Below, one piece after another: positions 35,402 to 46,432 of a DNA stretch of 64,000 nt. This DNA is from Eukaryota sp. TZLM1-RC (taxonomy: Eukaryota > Protista > Metamonada: BaSk clade): positions 1,550,001-1,614,000 of the forward strand of contig JAUPSS010000003.1 of NCBI GenBank assembly GCA_040285825.1, read 5' to 3'. The translations under genes and the position numbers were made by a program. Within the stretch, counting starts at the first letter, position 1, and every line of letters starts with the position of its first letter. The notes under the pieces were generated by a model. The model did not search any database. It had not been told where the DNA came from and saw only the letters and a program-made list of their open reading frames with translations.

Positions 35402-37171
35402 ATGTCTGCTTCTTTACAACCGCCCCCTGAACTATCTTTGGTACAATGGGAAAAGTCATATCGGTCTCTCAATCAATACATCTTTAATAGTCTTGACGTG
35501 TTCAAGGCAGAGCTTTCTACTCTTCTTTTCCCTTACTTTGTACATGTTTTCACCTCTTTAATAATTCAAAATCAAACGGAAGCCGCACATCGATTTCTCC
35601 TTAAGTTTCAACATCTACACCAACCTGCACATTCTAAAACTTTGTCTATACTCTCTACCATTCACAATGTCCAACAATTAAATGACTCTACGATTGCCGA
35701 TCGTTTCATTCATTCGAGACACACTCTTATTGTCAGAGATTCGGCACTACAACTTTTACTTACTCATTTGCACTCTCACAAATTACAGTCCGTATTAGCA
35801 TTTCTCAATGATCATGTGGAGGTCAAAAAAGTGGATGTTCTGCGGAGACTTCATCTCTTTGATGAGTACGACATTCCTCTTTCTTGGGGGGTTGAACTTA
35901 ATCAAGAAGAAGAATCAGATGACATTACCAAAGCCAAAAAACGTACATTTCAGGGTAGGGTTATTCCACTAAAAAAGAATTTAGCAGATACACCAGGTAA
36001 TGTACCCAGCATAGAACAAGTGCTCACTACCACTCCCACCACTCAGGAAGAAACCCAAAGAAACAAGTTAGATGTAGATAATCGCTACCCTTGTAATTCT
36101 GAGTCCCTACCATCGATTATGATGTATTCTCTGATATCTGAAGGGAGTTGTACCTCCATGGACTTTATGTCGGATGGGTCGGCTGTGGCTTGTGGATTTG
36201 ATGACTCAACTTCTATTGTCTATGATGTGGAAGCTCTTGCCAAGTTAAGAGAGAAGAAGGGTGAGTCTGAGTCAGAAGTTGTACTTAATCACCACGACTA
36301 TTCTGATGCAGTGATTCGACTTGTCGGACACTCCTCTCCTATAAGTGATCTTTCTTTCATCCCTAGATCTCCAGAACGGGCACTCCTCACTGGTTGTCTT
36401 TCCGGTGACGTTCGGTACTGGCTATGTCCTAGTCCAAAGAGTGTGTCGGGAGTTCCCGAAGCTTTGGAGCCATCAGGCCGAAACTTGGCAGTCTTCCACT
36501 GCCATGACTTTCCATTGTATTGTTTAAAGCCTTTTCAACGAGGTTCTTATTTCGTGACAGGGTCACATGATAAAACAGCCAAAATGTGGAGTCTGGAACG
36601 ACAGAATTCTGTCAGAGTTTTTGCTGATCAATTGTCCCCGGTCACCACGCTTGAAAGCCATCCCAATACTTGTTACATTGCGGTGGGTTCTGCTGATAGG
36701 TTCATCAGGGTCTATGATGTTCGCGCTGCCACCTGTGTCTCTCGGTTCCCAGTTCTTGGACACTGTGAGCCGACTTCCATGAAGTTTACAGATAATGGAC
36801 GACTCTTGGCGATTGGAACCGAAGAGGGTGGAGTCTCTATATGGGATGTTGCAGAACGTAGATTTGTAGGATTTAAACAAGCTCATACCAAGCCCGTGCA
36901 CACTCTTTCTTTTTCCCATGGTTCAGGGGCAATCCTTTCTTCTGCTGGGGGTGATGGTGTGTTGAAATTATGGAGTATTGATGATCTTGGGTCCTTTCCT
37001 CATCAAATTGATCCCACTTCTTCCCAGCTTGATGAATGGGGTCTTGGGCATTTGGCATCCTATCCTACAAAGTACACCACTTATCATCGCATTGGGTTTA
37101 GTCCACGCAATTTGTTAATGGGAGCAGGTACGTATGATACTGAAAGAGCACGCTCTGCGCTGAAACTTTAG
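35402..37171 (+). CDS. TAF5: TFIID subunit TAF5-like WD40 protein
   Basis: NTD2 (SLDVFKAELSTLLFPYFVH), LPSI..Y, WD40 repeats, HPNTCYIAVGSAD, PTK.T..FSPRNLL; likely ATG 35402 (alternative 35327). Confidence 0.85.
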   Translation: MSASLQPPPELSLVQWEKSYRSLNQYIFNSLDVFKAELSTLLFPYFVHVFTSLIIQNQTEAAHRFLLKFQHLHQPAHSKTLSILSTIHNVQQLNDSTIADRFIHSRHTLIVRDSALQLLLTHLHSHKLQSVLAFLNDHVEVKKVDVLRRLHLFDEYDIPLSWGVELNQEEESDDITKAKKRTFQGRVIPLKKNLADTPGNVPSIEQVLTTTPTTQEETQRNKLDVDNRYPCNSESLPSIMMYSLISEGSCTSMDFMSDGSAVACGFDDSTSIVYDVEALAKLREKKGESESEVVLNHHDYSDAVIRLVGHSSPISDLSFIPRSPERALLTGCLSGDVRYWLCPSPKSVSGVPEALEPSGRNLAVFHCHDFPLYCLKPFQRGSYFVTGSHDKTAKMWSLERQNSVRVFADQLSPVTTLESHPNTCYIAVGSADRFIRVYDVRAATCVSRFPVLGHCEPTSMKFTDNGRLLAIGTEEGGVSIWDVAERRFVGFKQAHTKPVHTLSFSHGSGAILSSAGGDGVLKLWSIDDLGSFPHQIDPTSSQLDEWGLGHLASYPTKYTTYHRIGFSPRNLLMGAGTYDTERARSALKL

Positions 37172-37262
37172 GACTATTTTCTTTTCTGTGGATTCCAATC
37201 GACTTTTTGGTAACTGTTTTTGGTTGAGTCCCTACTAAATTATGCATGTCGGTATTTTAAAC

Positions 37263-37702
37263 AAAATTTTGTCAAAAACTGTAAGTCTTTGGCAATGTCA
37301 GTAAGATTTACACATATTGTGTTGTTTTTTGATAAAGTAATTACTTTTGTTTTTTTTTCAATTGCTAGAAACTCTCATGACTTAACACTAGACTTTGTGA
37401 CAAGCGGGCGAGATACAAACTGACTTCGTTTTGTGGATCATTTTATATAATATTGTATTCTTTTTTTAATTCCCATGGCCATAAAATTTTGTCAAAAACT
37501 GTAAGTCTTTGGCAATGTCAGTAAGATTTACACATATTGTGTTGTTTTTTGATAAAGTAATTACTTTTGTTTTTTTTTCAATTGCTAGAAACTCTCATGA
37601 CTTAACACTAGACTTTGTGACAAGCGGGCGAGATACAAACTGACTTCGTTTTGTGGATCATTTTATATAATATTGTATTCTTTTTTTAATTCCCATGGCC
37701 AT
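37263..37702. repeat. Perfect 220-bp tandem duplication (37263-37482 / 37483-37702)
   Basis: Two apparently identical consecutive units. Confidence 0.9.
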
Positions 37703-38411
37703 AAATTATTTTTTTGTTTTATGGTTGAAATTTGTGTAAAAGAATGGAATCACAAATTTTGTAAACCAAACATGGAGAAGATGGGCAACAGATCAATGGT
37801 CATGATCTGGACTGTATTAAATATTAAAAGATTGAAGATCTTTCTATATTGAAAAGCATATATTCCTGTAAGAGACACATCTCAAAACCAAAATCTTCAA
37901 TTAATCCTTTTACCTACTCAAACCCCATCGATTGAATGACGGGAGATTTTCGCTATTCACTTGCATTGCAACTCGCTTGTTATAAAACCAAAACCGTAAT
38001 GTTATTTGCAATTGCTCAATATAACGAGGAAGGGCTTTCACTAACGATAATGCAACTCTGTTCTTCCAAATCAGAAAATCGAATGTACGACCAATTTCAA
38101 TGAGAAGTGTTCCTAAATCATCTCAAATATTGAGACCTTCAGTTCCAATTGTTCCAAAAATAGAAATTTTTTACACTTGTTGATTTATCAAACATTTTAC
38201 AGATTCTATTCTGGAACAAATAGACATTTGAAGTGCAACTACACTTGAACTCATTGGACGAACTACACTGTTTACCTTAATCAGTGTAAGTGCCAAATTA
38301 ATGTCAGCGAGAAATTAATGTCCTTCACATCCATTCAGGTGTGGTGAAATTTGAATATGTAATGGAAAAATCCAAAAATGCTGCAGATTCGCTGTAGTAA
38401 AAAGCTATAAC

Positions 38412-40400
38412 TTAAGACAAATATGAAGGCCTATCACCAACACTATCCTCTACAAAATAATCTACAATTGCCTTGATGTTGATACATGCTAACTTGTTAC
38501 CATTCCATACCTTATCTTTTCCATCACATTCTTCTCAACAAATTTCAGATTGACATCTTAACAAAGCATGACATTTCACAGTAGGATATTTCTCTCTCAT
38601 CCATGGCCTAGGATTTTCAACATCAAGAAATACATTTACAGGGTTATAACAAGTTGGGCACTTTGAAGATGTGTTTCTCTCATCAACTAAACATACTGTG
38701 TAAACATTTCTCTTAAAGAAATTTCTCCATCCAACTCCTCTACTTGATCGATGATGCTTTAAATTTTTTGTCTTATTGCCATTGTCACCCAACATTAGGA
38801 TAGTGTCTCCTTGTTTCCATTGATTTTCAGCCATTCTTTCTAATAACTTAGCCTCTGTTTTCTGATGATGGACATATCTTTGCATTTTTTGAATGCGCCA
38901 TATCATTAAACAATAGCAATCAAATGTAAATGTCATGTTTATCAGCTTGGAAGCAACATAAGAATAGAAAATATTATAAATGGAAGATTTTGATGATTCT
39001 TTTGATGAAATAGCTTCTGTTTGTTCCACTATGATTCCATTGTGCAAAATAAACTCTTTCTTTTTCAATTTTCTGAATTTTTGGTAAACTCTCGGTGCCC
39101 TTGACCACTCCAATTCTGTTAATCTCAGTCACTCATATTGGTTATCTCTTTTTGTTGGTCTTTTGCAATAAGTTTGAATCTCTGTTGACTACAAAAATAA
39201 AATAAAAATAAGTAAATCTCTTTTACCAGGGTCAATATGTACTTTGTGTTTTGATGATAGAGATTCAACCTCCAAATCATCCAAAAAGTTCTCTGTGGTA
39301 GAAAACTTTGCACTATAGGGCTTGAATGACATGCCAATACAATCTGCTCTTGCAAGCTCAATACAGGCTGCAAAACCATCAGTTTTTATAATGTTGTTAA
39401 ATTTGTAGCCTTTTTTAGTAAATAGTCTATTAAATGCAAGAAAATATGACCAAAATAAATTTTGTTCTTCTGGACCCATATGTTGAATGTCAGCTATTAA
39501 ATTCCACTCCGAATTATTTTTCTTGTCATTAGTTTCATCATTTGTAAAAAAAACGCAAAAAATCCATAGACCTTGGCTCTCAATTTCAAAAATGCAGGAG
39601 TTTCGTGACGTACAATTGGTATGGGATTAAATGTTTTTCCCTCTGCTTTTTCTATAAAATTATTAAATCTGATTTGATAAATGATTAGGGATGCTGTTGC
39701 ACAAAGGAAAGTAATGATTTAACTTCAATAGCCTGCTCCTCATTTTTTGCATTTTTTACTACAATAGATATAGAAAAAACTGAATTCACCCAATTCTCAT
39801 CTTTCAATAAGTTACAAATTTTGGAATGATTACTGTCTTAAATAACAGTTTTTGCTGATTGCTTCAAACAATTTTCAGTGTCTTCGTTCACGATTGCATC
39901 ATCAGAAAGTTGAATGTAATTATCAACTTGATCACCAGTAGTCGGAAAATTGTGACAAGTTTGAAGATTTGTATATTGACTTCTGAATTCGATTTAATGG
40001 TTTCTGCGATGGAGGGTCTCAGTCTAGTACAATGATTGATGGGAAAAACAGGAATACCACCATTATTTTCCATTAACTGTTTATAATTAATTTGACCGAA
40101 ATTTTTCAAGTCCTCATTGATTAAAGCAGGTTTACCCCTTTCATTGAGGTCAATATTGTGTTTAATGGCAGAAATTTTGATGAGCAACATTTGAATGTGT
40201 TCTACCTTTGTTCGAGTTATCACAGGAAAATCTTGGCCATTTTCAGTTAAATGTAGAAGAAATAATTTGAGACAATGTGACGTGTTCATTCTCAATCTGT
40301 GAACCAATTGAGCATAACAATTTAACCAAATTTCCAATCCTCCATGCTTGACAATAGATTTCAATGTGGTTTTGTGAGTAACAAAAGTTGGTCGAACCAC
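38412..40400 (-). pseudogene. Fanzor1-type nuclease, family C
   Basis: N-terminal THKTTLKSIVK, IKTDG, RuvC-I VHIDPGKRDLL, LGD..RGVGWR, RuvC-II VDERNTSSKCPTC, NPRP..CHALLRC, degenerate RuvC-III WNGN, RPSYLS*. Confidence 0.88.
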
Positions 40401-40429
40401 CTTGTTTGATTGAAAGAGTAGAAGCAATT

Positions 40430-41112
40430 TTAAACCAAGCACACTATCTTTTAAACAATAATTAATGGCATCTTGGTGTCTACTTCTAAAACAATTAATT
40501 GGTAAAAGGTGTTTATATGTATCATGAAGATACCCTTTAGACTCATTTGACAGGAACCAATTAAGAGACCTCAAGGATTTATTCGACTTTGATGTAAAAA
40601 AATTTTTGCATACAAAAATGAATCACAGATAGTTAATTAGAGGAAATTTTTTGCCAAAAACGGATAAAAACGACTAAATATTTTCTACTTGCATTAATTC
40701 TGAGAAAGAATCTCCATAAATTTCCAACCTGTTGCGTAATATTGGAACATCAAATTTTATAATATTAAAACCCGTCAAAACATCAAGTTTGTGAGGAGTT
40801 ACAAATTGAACAAAAAATAATATCAAATCATCCTAATATTTCTACAATGATCAAAAAATTCCAACGGTTCTTGAAGGTTTTTGCACATGAAGCAACAGAC
40901 CTTTCTTGCATATAAAATTCATCTTTTTCAACTAGCACAAAGACACCATATTTGATGAAAACTTCTAGGTTATTGACCCATTGTAATTGTTCCTCATCGC
41001 TCAATTTTTTCAGGTCGTCAGCCACTTTGCTCCTCATCTCGTTCTTCTTTTGATTTGTTTTTTTAGCTGAAATTTCATTTGTTGATTTCGTTTCAATATC
41101 AATGGCAAAAGC
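40430..41112 (-). pseudogene. DEDDy 3'-5' exonuclease domain (PolB proofreading/RNase H-like), upstream of and in frame with Fanzor C
   Basis: ExoI AIDIET (~41089-41106), ExoII DVLTGFNIIKFDVPILRNR (~40728-40784), ExoIII NYCLKD (40446-40463), the last within ORF 39888-40574. Confidence 0.75.
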
Positions 41113-42244
41113 TTACCTTTGAGATTTAGCAGCTGTCAGTTCAGCAATAAGCGGTGCAGAAGTTGAATCAACGCTAGGTGAATGATTATTTTTGTGGGGG
41201 TAGTGGTGATGGGAATGGTGGAAGTAGTAGTGGAGTAACAAGAACACTAGCAAACAAGAACAACAGGAAGAAAGATCAACATGAGAAGCATGAGATGAAA
41301 TGATCTCTAGAAACACATATGTTCATGTTCATCTTGGTAGATCTGTAAGTCCAAATCCCAATGCATTTACCAAACCTACATTGGAAATCCATTCTTCAAT
41401 ACAACTCCAGACACTATTGAGCTGTCACATCGTTTAAGGTGGACTGTTATTTTCTTCTACAGAGATCTTTTTGACTACTCTCTTTTAAAATCCTCGGTTG
41501 GGAATTTTTTGAACATCCTGAGGAAAACACTGGATGCAAATTATCACTGGGCAAATGATCTATTTCAAATCAGAATTAATTTAGGCAACATAGTAGAGAT
41601 TCAATTTTTACTTCCAACTAAACAAATTTCAAAACGTACTATAAATTGATTTAGTTTGCTAATTTAGGGTTTGCTAATTTAGCTTGCTCGTACATACCAC
41701 AATAATGGTCACAGACCATTAATGCATTTATTGTTCAATAACAACCCTTTTGTTATCATATCCATGACACATAAATAAATCCTGGTTTGGAGAAGTACAT
41801 TAAAACTAGAGATCACAGTCATTATAAAATGACGACTAAAACATAAACAAGCGATTCAACAGTTCATTGGGTGCAAGATTAATAAATGTAGTAATCTCGA
41901 ATAGACCAGAAAAGATTGTCGTTGAAAAGATGGATGGGTTACAGAGCAGCAAAACCTGAACAAAGTTTTTCCGAGAGTAGTTTCAGTGTGCAAATGGGGA
42001 GGAATGGAAAGTTAGCCCCCTTATTATCTTGATTTATCATCTCTTGGTCGATTTTATGAAAGAACAACTAATAGTATTTATTGGATGTAATGACATTGAT
42101 TTGGAACTGGTCAATTTGTCACATTTTTTGGTATTTTCCGTTTTTGACTGTTGTAGTAAAGTTTTTGAAAAAATTTATCTACATTTTTCAGTTTGTGTCT
42201 TAATTTGTTCCTTATTATTCAATTCGGATCACCTATTCAAGCTT

Positions 42245-42603
42245 CAAACACATTTATGTCAACCAGCTGATTCGTTTGTAATCGAGAACGTCAAGGAAGT
42301 CTGGACAAAAGAATGAGAGTTCGAAAAGTTGCGAATGATTACTGACCAAAACTGGGTAGAATCTTGGATGATCAACAATCCTAATAAGCAACATTTTTCA
42401 CACCCAGCAGCAACAACTATTAAAACAGTCAACGAAATGAAGACGGTTCGACTTACGCAAGAATGGCCATGATTCACTGTGGATTTGCACTCATTGTTAC
42501 GGGTGGTTGGGAAGTTTGTCAACTGTCGCCTGTGTTGCAAAACATTGTACGATTAAACAACAACCACTTTAAAGGTAAACCAGTAGAAAATAAGTTATTT
42601 TGA
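42245..42603 (+). pseudogene. pogo-like (DDE_1) transposase C-terminal remnant
   Basis: THLCQPADSFVI..VKEVWTKE*E..NPNK..YARMAMIHCG..G.W...QL...LQNIV..HFKG; the QPxD motif carries the third catalytic D of pogo-type transposases. Confidence 0.7.
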
Positions 42604-44950
42604 AATTAAGCAATAAATTAGTTTCTTGAGTTGGAAAAGCTCCTGGGCCATCTTTGTTAAATTTTGACATGATCAAATCAGCTGTTGGACAGTGTCCTGA
42701 AATTGCTGATGATCTTGTTCTTCTTTTTAACAATCTTCTTACGTTAAAAATTAAAGTCCCTTTTGAGATGACCAGTGCTCGCTTAATTGCCCTCAAAAGA
42801 AGTCAATCCAAAATCCGTCCAATTGCAATTGGAGAATCGTTTTCAAGAATGCTTGCGTCTCTTGTTTTTAATAAAATTGGGAAAAAAGCCAAAGAATTTT
42901 TTGGTCCATTTCAATTTGGAATCAAGACAATTGATGGTGCTTCATCTGTTGCTCTTTCGTTTGATGTGTTTTTTAATTCTATTGATTCTAATTACATCTT
43001 CAATTTAGATTTTAAGAATGCTTTTAATTCTGTATCTCGTTCTTCCATTTTTCCTTTGCTGCGAAAGCATTTTCCTGAAGTTGAGCCTTTTTTCTATTCA
43101 TTTTATGGAAAATCTTCAACATTGGTCTATGAAAACATTGACCTGCTTTCTTTTTCAGGTGTTAAACAAGGCGATCCACTTGGTCCTTTTTTCTTTTGTC
43201 TGGCAATTCATCCATTAATGTGCGAATTAAATGAAAAATTCCCAGAAATAGATATTGTAGCATATGTGGATGACATTTCTGTAATTGCTCCTGTTACAAT
43301 TCTCAAACAAATAGCAACTTTTATTCAACAGCGTTATGAAGATATTGGTCTCTGATTGAATATCTCCAAATGTTTGATTATTGGCCATGAATCAATTGAT
43401 TTTTTTCATTAATGATGTCAATGTCCCCTTTATCAATTATGATCAGTCTGGTTTTCGTTTTTTGGGTTGTTATCTCGGAAATATTGATGAAGTCAAAAGC
43501 CAACTTTCGACTCTGTTGACTCAATTTAAAAATGAATTAGAATCAATAGAAAATTTAAATAATGAGAAACATTCAAAATTCTTTTTCCTAAAAATTTGTT
43601 ATTCTGAAAAATTTACTCATATTTTGAAATCAACATCACCATCAATTTTTTTGGAGTTTTGTCGAATTTTTAATGAACAAAGAACCAATGTTTAGCAAAA
43701 TTATTGGAAATTGATGCATCTCAGTTACGAAGCCACATTTTTTGTGGTACAAATTTTGGTGGTGTTGATTTTCAAAATTAAGCTACCTTTGTAAAGCTAC
43801 CTTTATTGGAGGTGGTAAAAATTTTATTTATGAATTTGTGAATCGTTTTCCTGAAAAATTGATCTCATTGAAAATTGTGGCAGCTCTTATCTGTTTTCTT
43901 TGCAACAGGAAATTGAAACTCTTTCACTCAATATTTGGTCCAAATGTTTCCCCTCTGATATTGTGGAACTTCCTCCAAGAAGCTTGCTCTCCTTACCACT
44001 GACTTTTGCAAAATTGCAGAAAAAAATCTTGAAAGTTTTAGAAAACTTGGATTTTATTGTACGTCTTAGCCTGGCTAAAGAAAAAAATCCCGTTTTTGCA
44101 AACTTTTTGATTGATCTTGAAGACAGTTGCTCTAGTTGCCTAATCTCCCAAATTACCAACATTTATGGCCTTCTACTTAATGATCACCAATGGACCACTG
44201 TAATGAGAATGAGATGTTTTCTATGGCCTTGTTCTTTACCAAATGATTTAATTTGTCGCTACAAGAGTGTTGTTACGCTTTCCCATATTTTAAACTGTCA
44301 GTATTTTATAACTTATCGCTCAATTGTTCATGACTCAGTTCGTGGTCAATTATATGCCATGTGCAAAAGTTTCAATATAGAGGCATTTATTGAGCCATTA
44401 GTACGTAAGCTGTCTTCACATCAAACTGATGATTTCTTTGGTAAAAGAAGGCAGATTTAGTAGCTCCAGGGATCGATGGTGTTCTAAATGTTGTAGATGT
44501 TGTCTCAGTTGATGTTTGCAAAAATTCTGCTGCTCGTTTAGTGTATTCCGCTGATTCGCCGTTATCTAACGCCGAAAAAAAGAAGATAAAAAATATGAAG
44601 AACCTTTGGCACAGTTAGGTAGAGTGGAACAAGTGAAATATCAGTTTGTGCCGTTTGCAATTTCTCTTTTTGGCAATATTGGACTTTCAGGGTTGCACTT
44701 TTTTGAAAATTTCAAAAAAGTGTTACTAAATAGGTCTAGTAAAACAATGAATTCCACTTTCTGGTTAAATAGAATTGTTTTTTGCATTTTCAAGTCTATT
44801 CCAACAATGATTTCAAAGGCACTTTTAGCTATTGGTGTAGAATATGAACGTAATGCTGTGAGTAGGTTTAGTAATAGTGACACTTGTTTGGAGGATATTG
44901 AATTTAGATGGGTTTTTTTATCTCAATAAATATTCCAGTTAGAAAAAAAA
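42600..44950 (+). mobile_element. 5'-truncated RLE-type non-LTR retrotransposon (CRE/SLACS-like RT), frameshifted
   Basis: KAPGP, IRPIAIGE, QFG, DFKNAFN, GVKQGDPLGP, AYVDD; zinc knuckle, HDSVR, EPL, RADL..VVD; AATAAA plus A tail ~44926-44950. Confidence 0.9.
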
Positions 44951-45173
44951 GTTGGTGACATTAATTCGGAATTTTCCAAATTAATGTGAGTGACATTAAT
45001 TGAGGTAAACGGTGTGCATAATAGTGTGAGGTCTGGTATTGCTATCCTGACTATTCAATCAGAGATGATCAGATAAAGTTCCTTGAAAAAAGAATGACTT
45101 TGATAAACAACATGAAAACAATAAACAGTTTACAAAACATGAATCAAATAAGATCAACAAAATACCGCTAAAA

Positions 45174-46099
45174 TTATTCAAACTTTTCCAAGTCGTAATT
45201 GATGAGCGCATCTATACAAGCTTCTCCGGCCATTGTTTCAATCTTGTCCTTTAATTCTAGGTCAATAAATTGATCTTGAGTACGTTGGGCAACTAAAATG
45301 AGACAAAGTAAAATAAACATACTGACAATAGCAGCACCAGCAACAGCAATGTCTTTACGGGTGGCAATGCGAGCAAGATCATACAAATGGAATGTTTCCA
45401 TTTCAAGATTGACTGTACGTGGTTCTTTCTTGAGCAAATCATCCAAAACAGTGTCATTCTTGTCATCAAAATCAGCAGTAGCACGACCTTGAGAACTGTA
45501 GAAAGAACACCCAGAGGCACCAACACCTTCACGGAAGTGCTCAGGGAAACGCTGAGAAAACACTTGTCTAAAACAGTCAATGAATCCAGGTTTGGTAGGG
45601 GGTACAGTATTGGTGATCATATAAGGAGGAACATTAGAATCGGCACCAAATGCATCAGGATTACGTATAATACCAACACATCCTTCTGAAGCAAGAGCGA
45701 CAGTTCCCAATGGGATGTCATCACGGGGAGAACCCGACGTACCAAGACGGATGACAGCCATAGGACCTTCTACAACATGGCGAGCTTCTCTAACAACAAA
45801 ATCCATGTTGGGATAACCCATTAAAGAACCGATAACTGAAACACGAACGCCGTTGCGATAACCAGTAAAGATAGCAAACTTACGAGTACATGTATATTCT
45901 TTGTAACATTCCAAGTAACGATTGGCAAACTTTTTGGCACGTTCAACACATCCGACTGTCAAGATTCTGGGAGCAACTTAGATAAACAAATGTAATGATA
46001 CACACCCTCCCCCTTTTTAACACCTAAGTGATAAACTTCCCCATTAGGTCCAGTGGGGAATTCAGATCCACGCATTTGTTGAACAGAAGATTGGGACAT
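45174..46099 (-). CDS. Uridine/purine nucleoside phosphorylase (PNP_UDP_1), introns 45977-46005 (29 nt) and 45293-45322 (30 nt)
   Basis: Spliced N-terminus MSQSSVQQMRGSEFPTGPNGEVYHLGVKKGEVAPRILTVG; MGYPNMD, IRLGTSG, SFYSSQGR, NLEMET. Confidence 0.9.
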
Positions 46100-46156
46100 C
46101 GGATGAAGATTTAGATAAGTCAAGATTGGTATTGTTAATAGGAAAAATGTTTGTTA

Positions 46157-46397
46157 CTACTGTGAATTTCACTTATCATGCATTCCCCTGTGAAATTCAC
46201 TCCTGTTTTCAACTTTCTCAATGTCTACTCACAGGCTGTAAGAGACATGTAGCATCATTTGACAAAGACAATCATGATCTTCATCAATGGGCTACCTCAC
46301 TTAAATACACCTACTGCTTTCACAGAACAAAGCCTCGCGACTTGATGTATCTAAGTGGATCTACCAAATTCTACTAGGGCATTTGTAGATCGGTCTC
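46157..46397 (-). ncRNA. Candidate Fanzor omegaRNA scaffold, family A copy 3 (best preserved)
   Basis: Stems GAUCUACAAAU/AUUUGGUAGAUC; CACUUAGAUACAUC/GGUGUAUUUAAGUG enclosing GCGA and GAAA tetraloop hairpins; UUGAUGAAGAU/GUCUUUGUCAA; terminal GUGAAUUUCAC/GUGAAAUUCAC. Confidence 0.82.
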
Positions 46398-46432
46398 AAA
46401 AGTTTTAGTTTCTGGATGCTCACGTTCCCTAT

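Larger units (their letters stand above)
38266..45014. mobile_element. Decayed pogo/Tc1-mariner-like TIR transposon carrying an exonuclease-Fanzor gene (family C), with a nested LINE
   Basis: Left end TA|CACTGTTTACCTTAATCAGTGTAA versus reverse complement of right end CACCGTTTACCTCAATTAATGTCA (19/24); AATTAATGTC subterminal repeats at both ends; right flank is TG rather than TA. Confidence 0.65.

Noticed and set aside
41320-41700. Possible zinc finger (CRFGKC...HEHMC) upstream of the exonuclease, and TTTGCTAATTTAG repeats resembling telomeric seeds
   Set aside because: The finger needs two frameshifts; there are only 2-3 short repeats with a single TTTAGGG
46126-46377. Plus-strand ORFs 46126-46377 and 49518-49775 as conserved small proteins
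   Set aside because: They are the antisense of the structured RNA block; copy 1 has stops in this frame, and G-U pairing favours a minus-strand RNA
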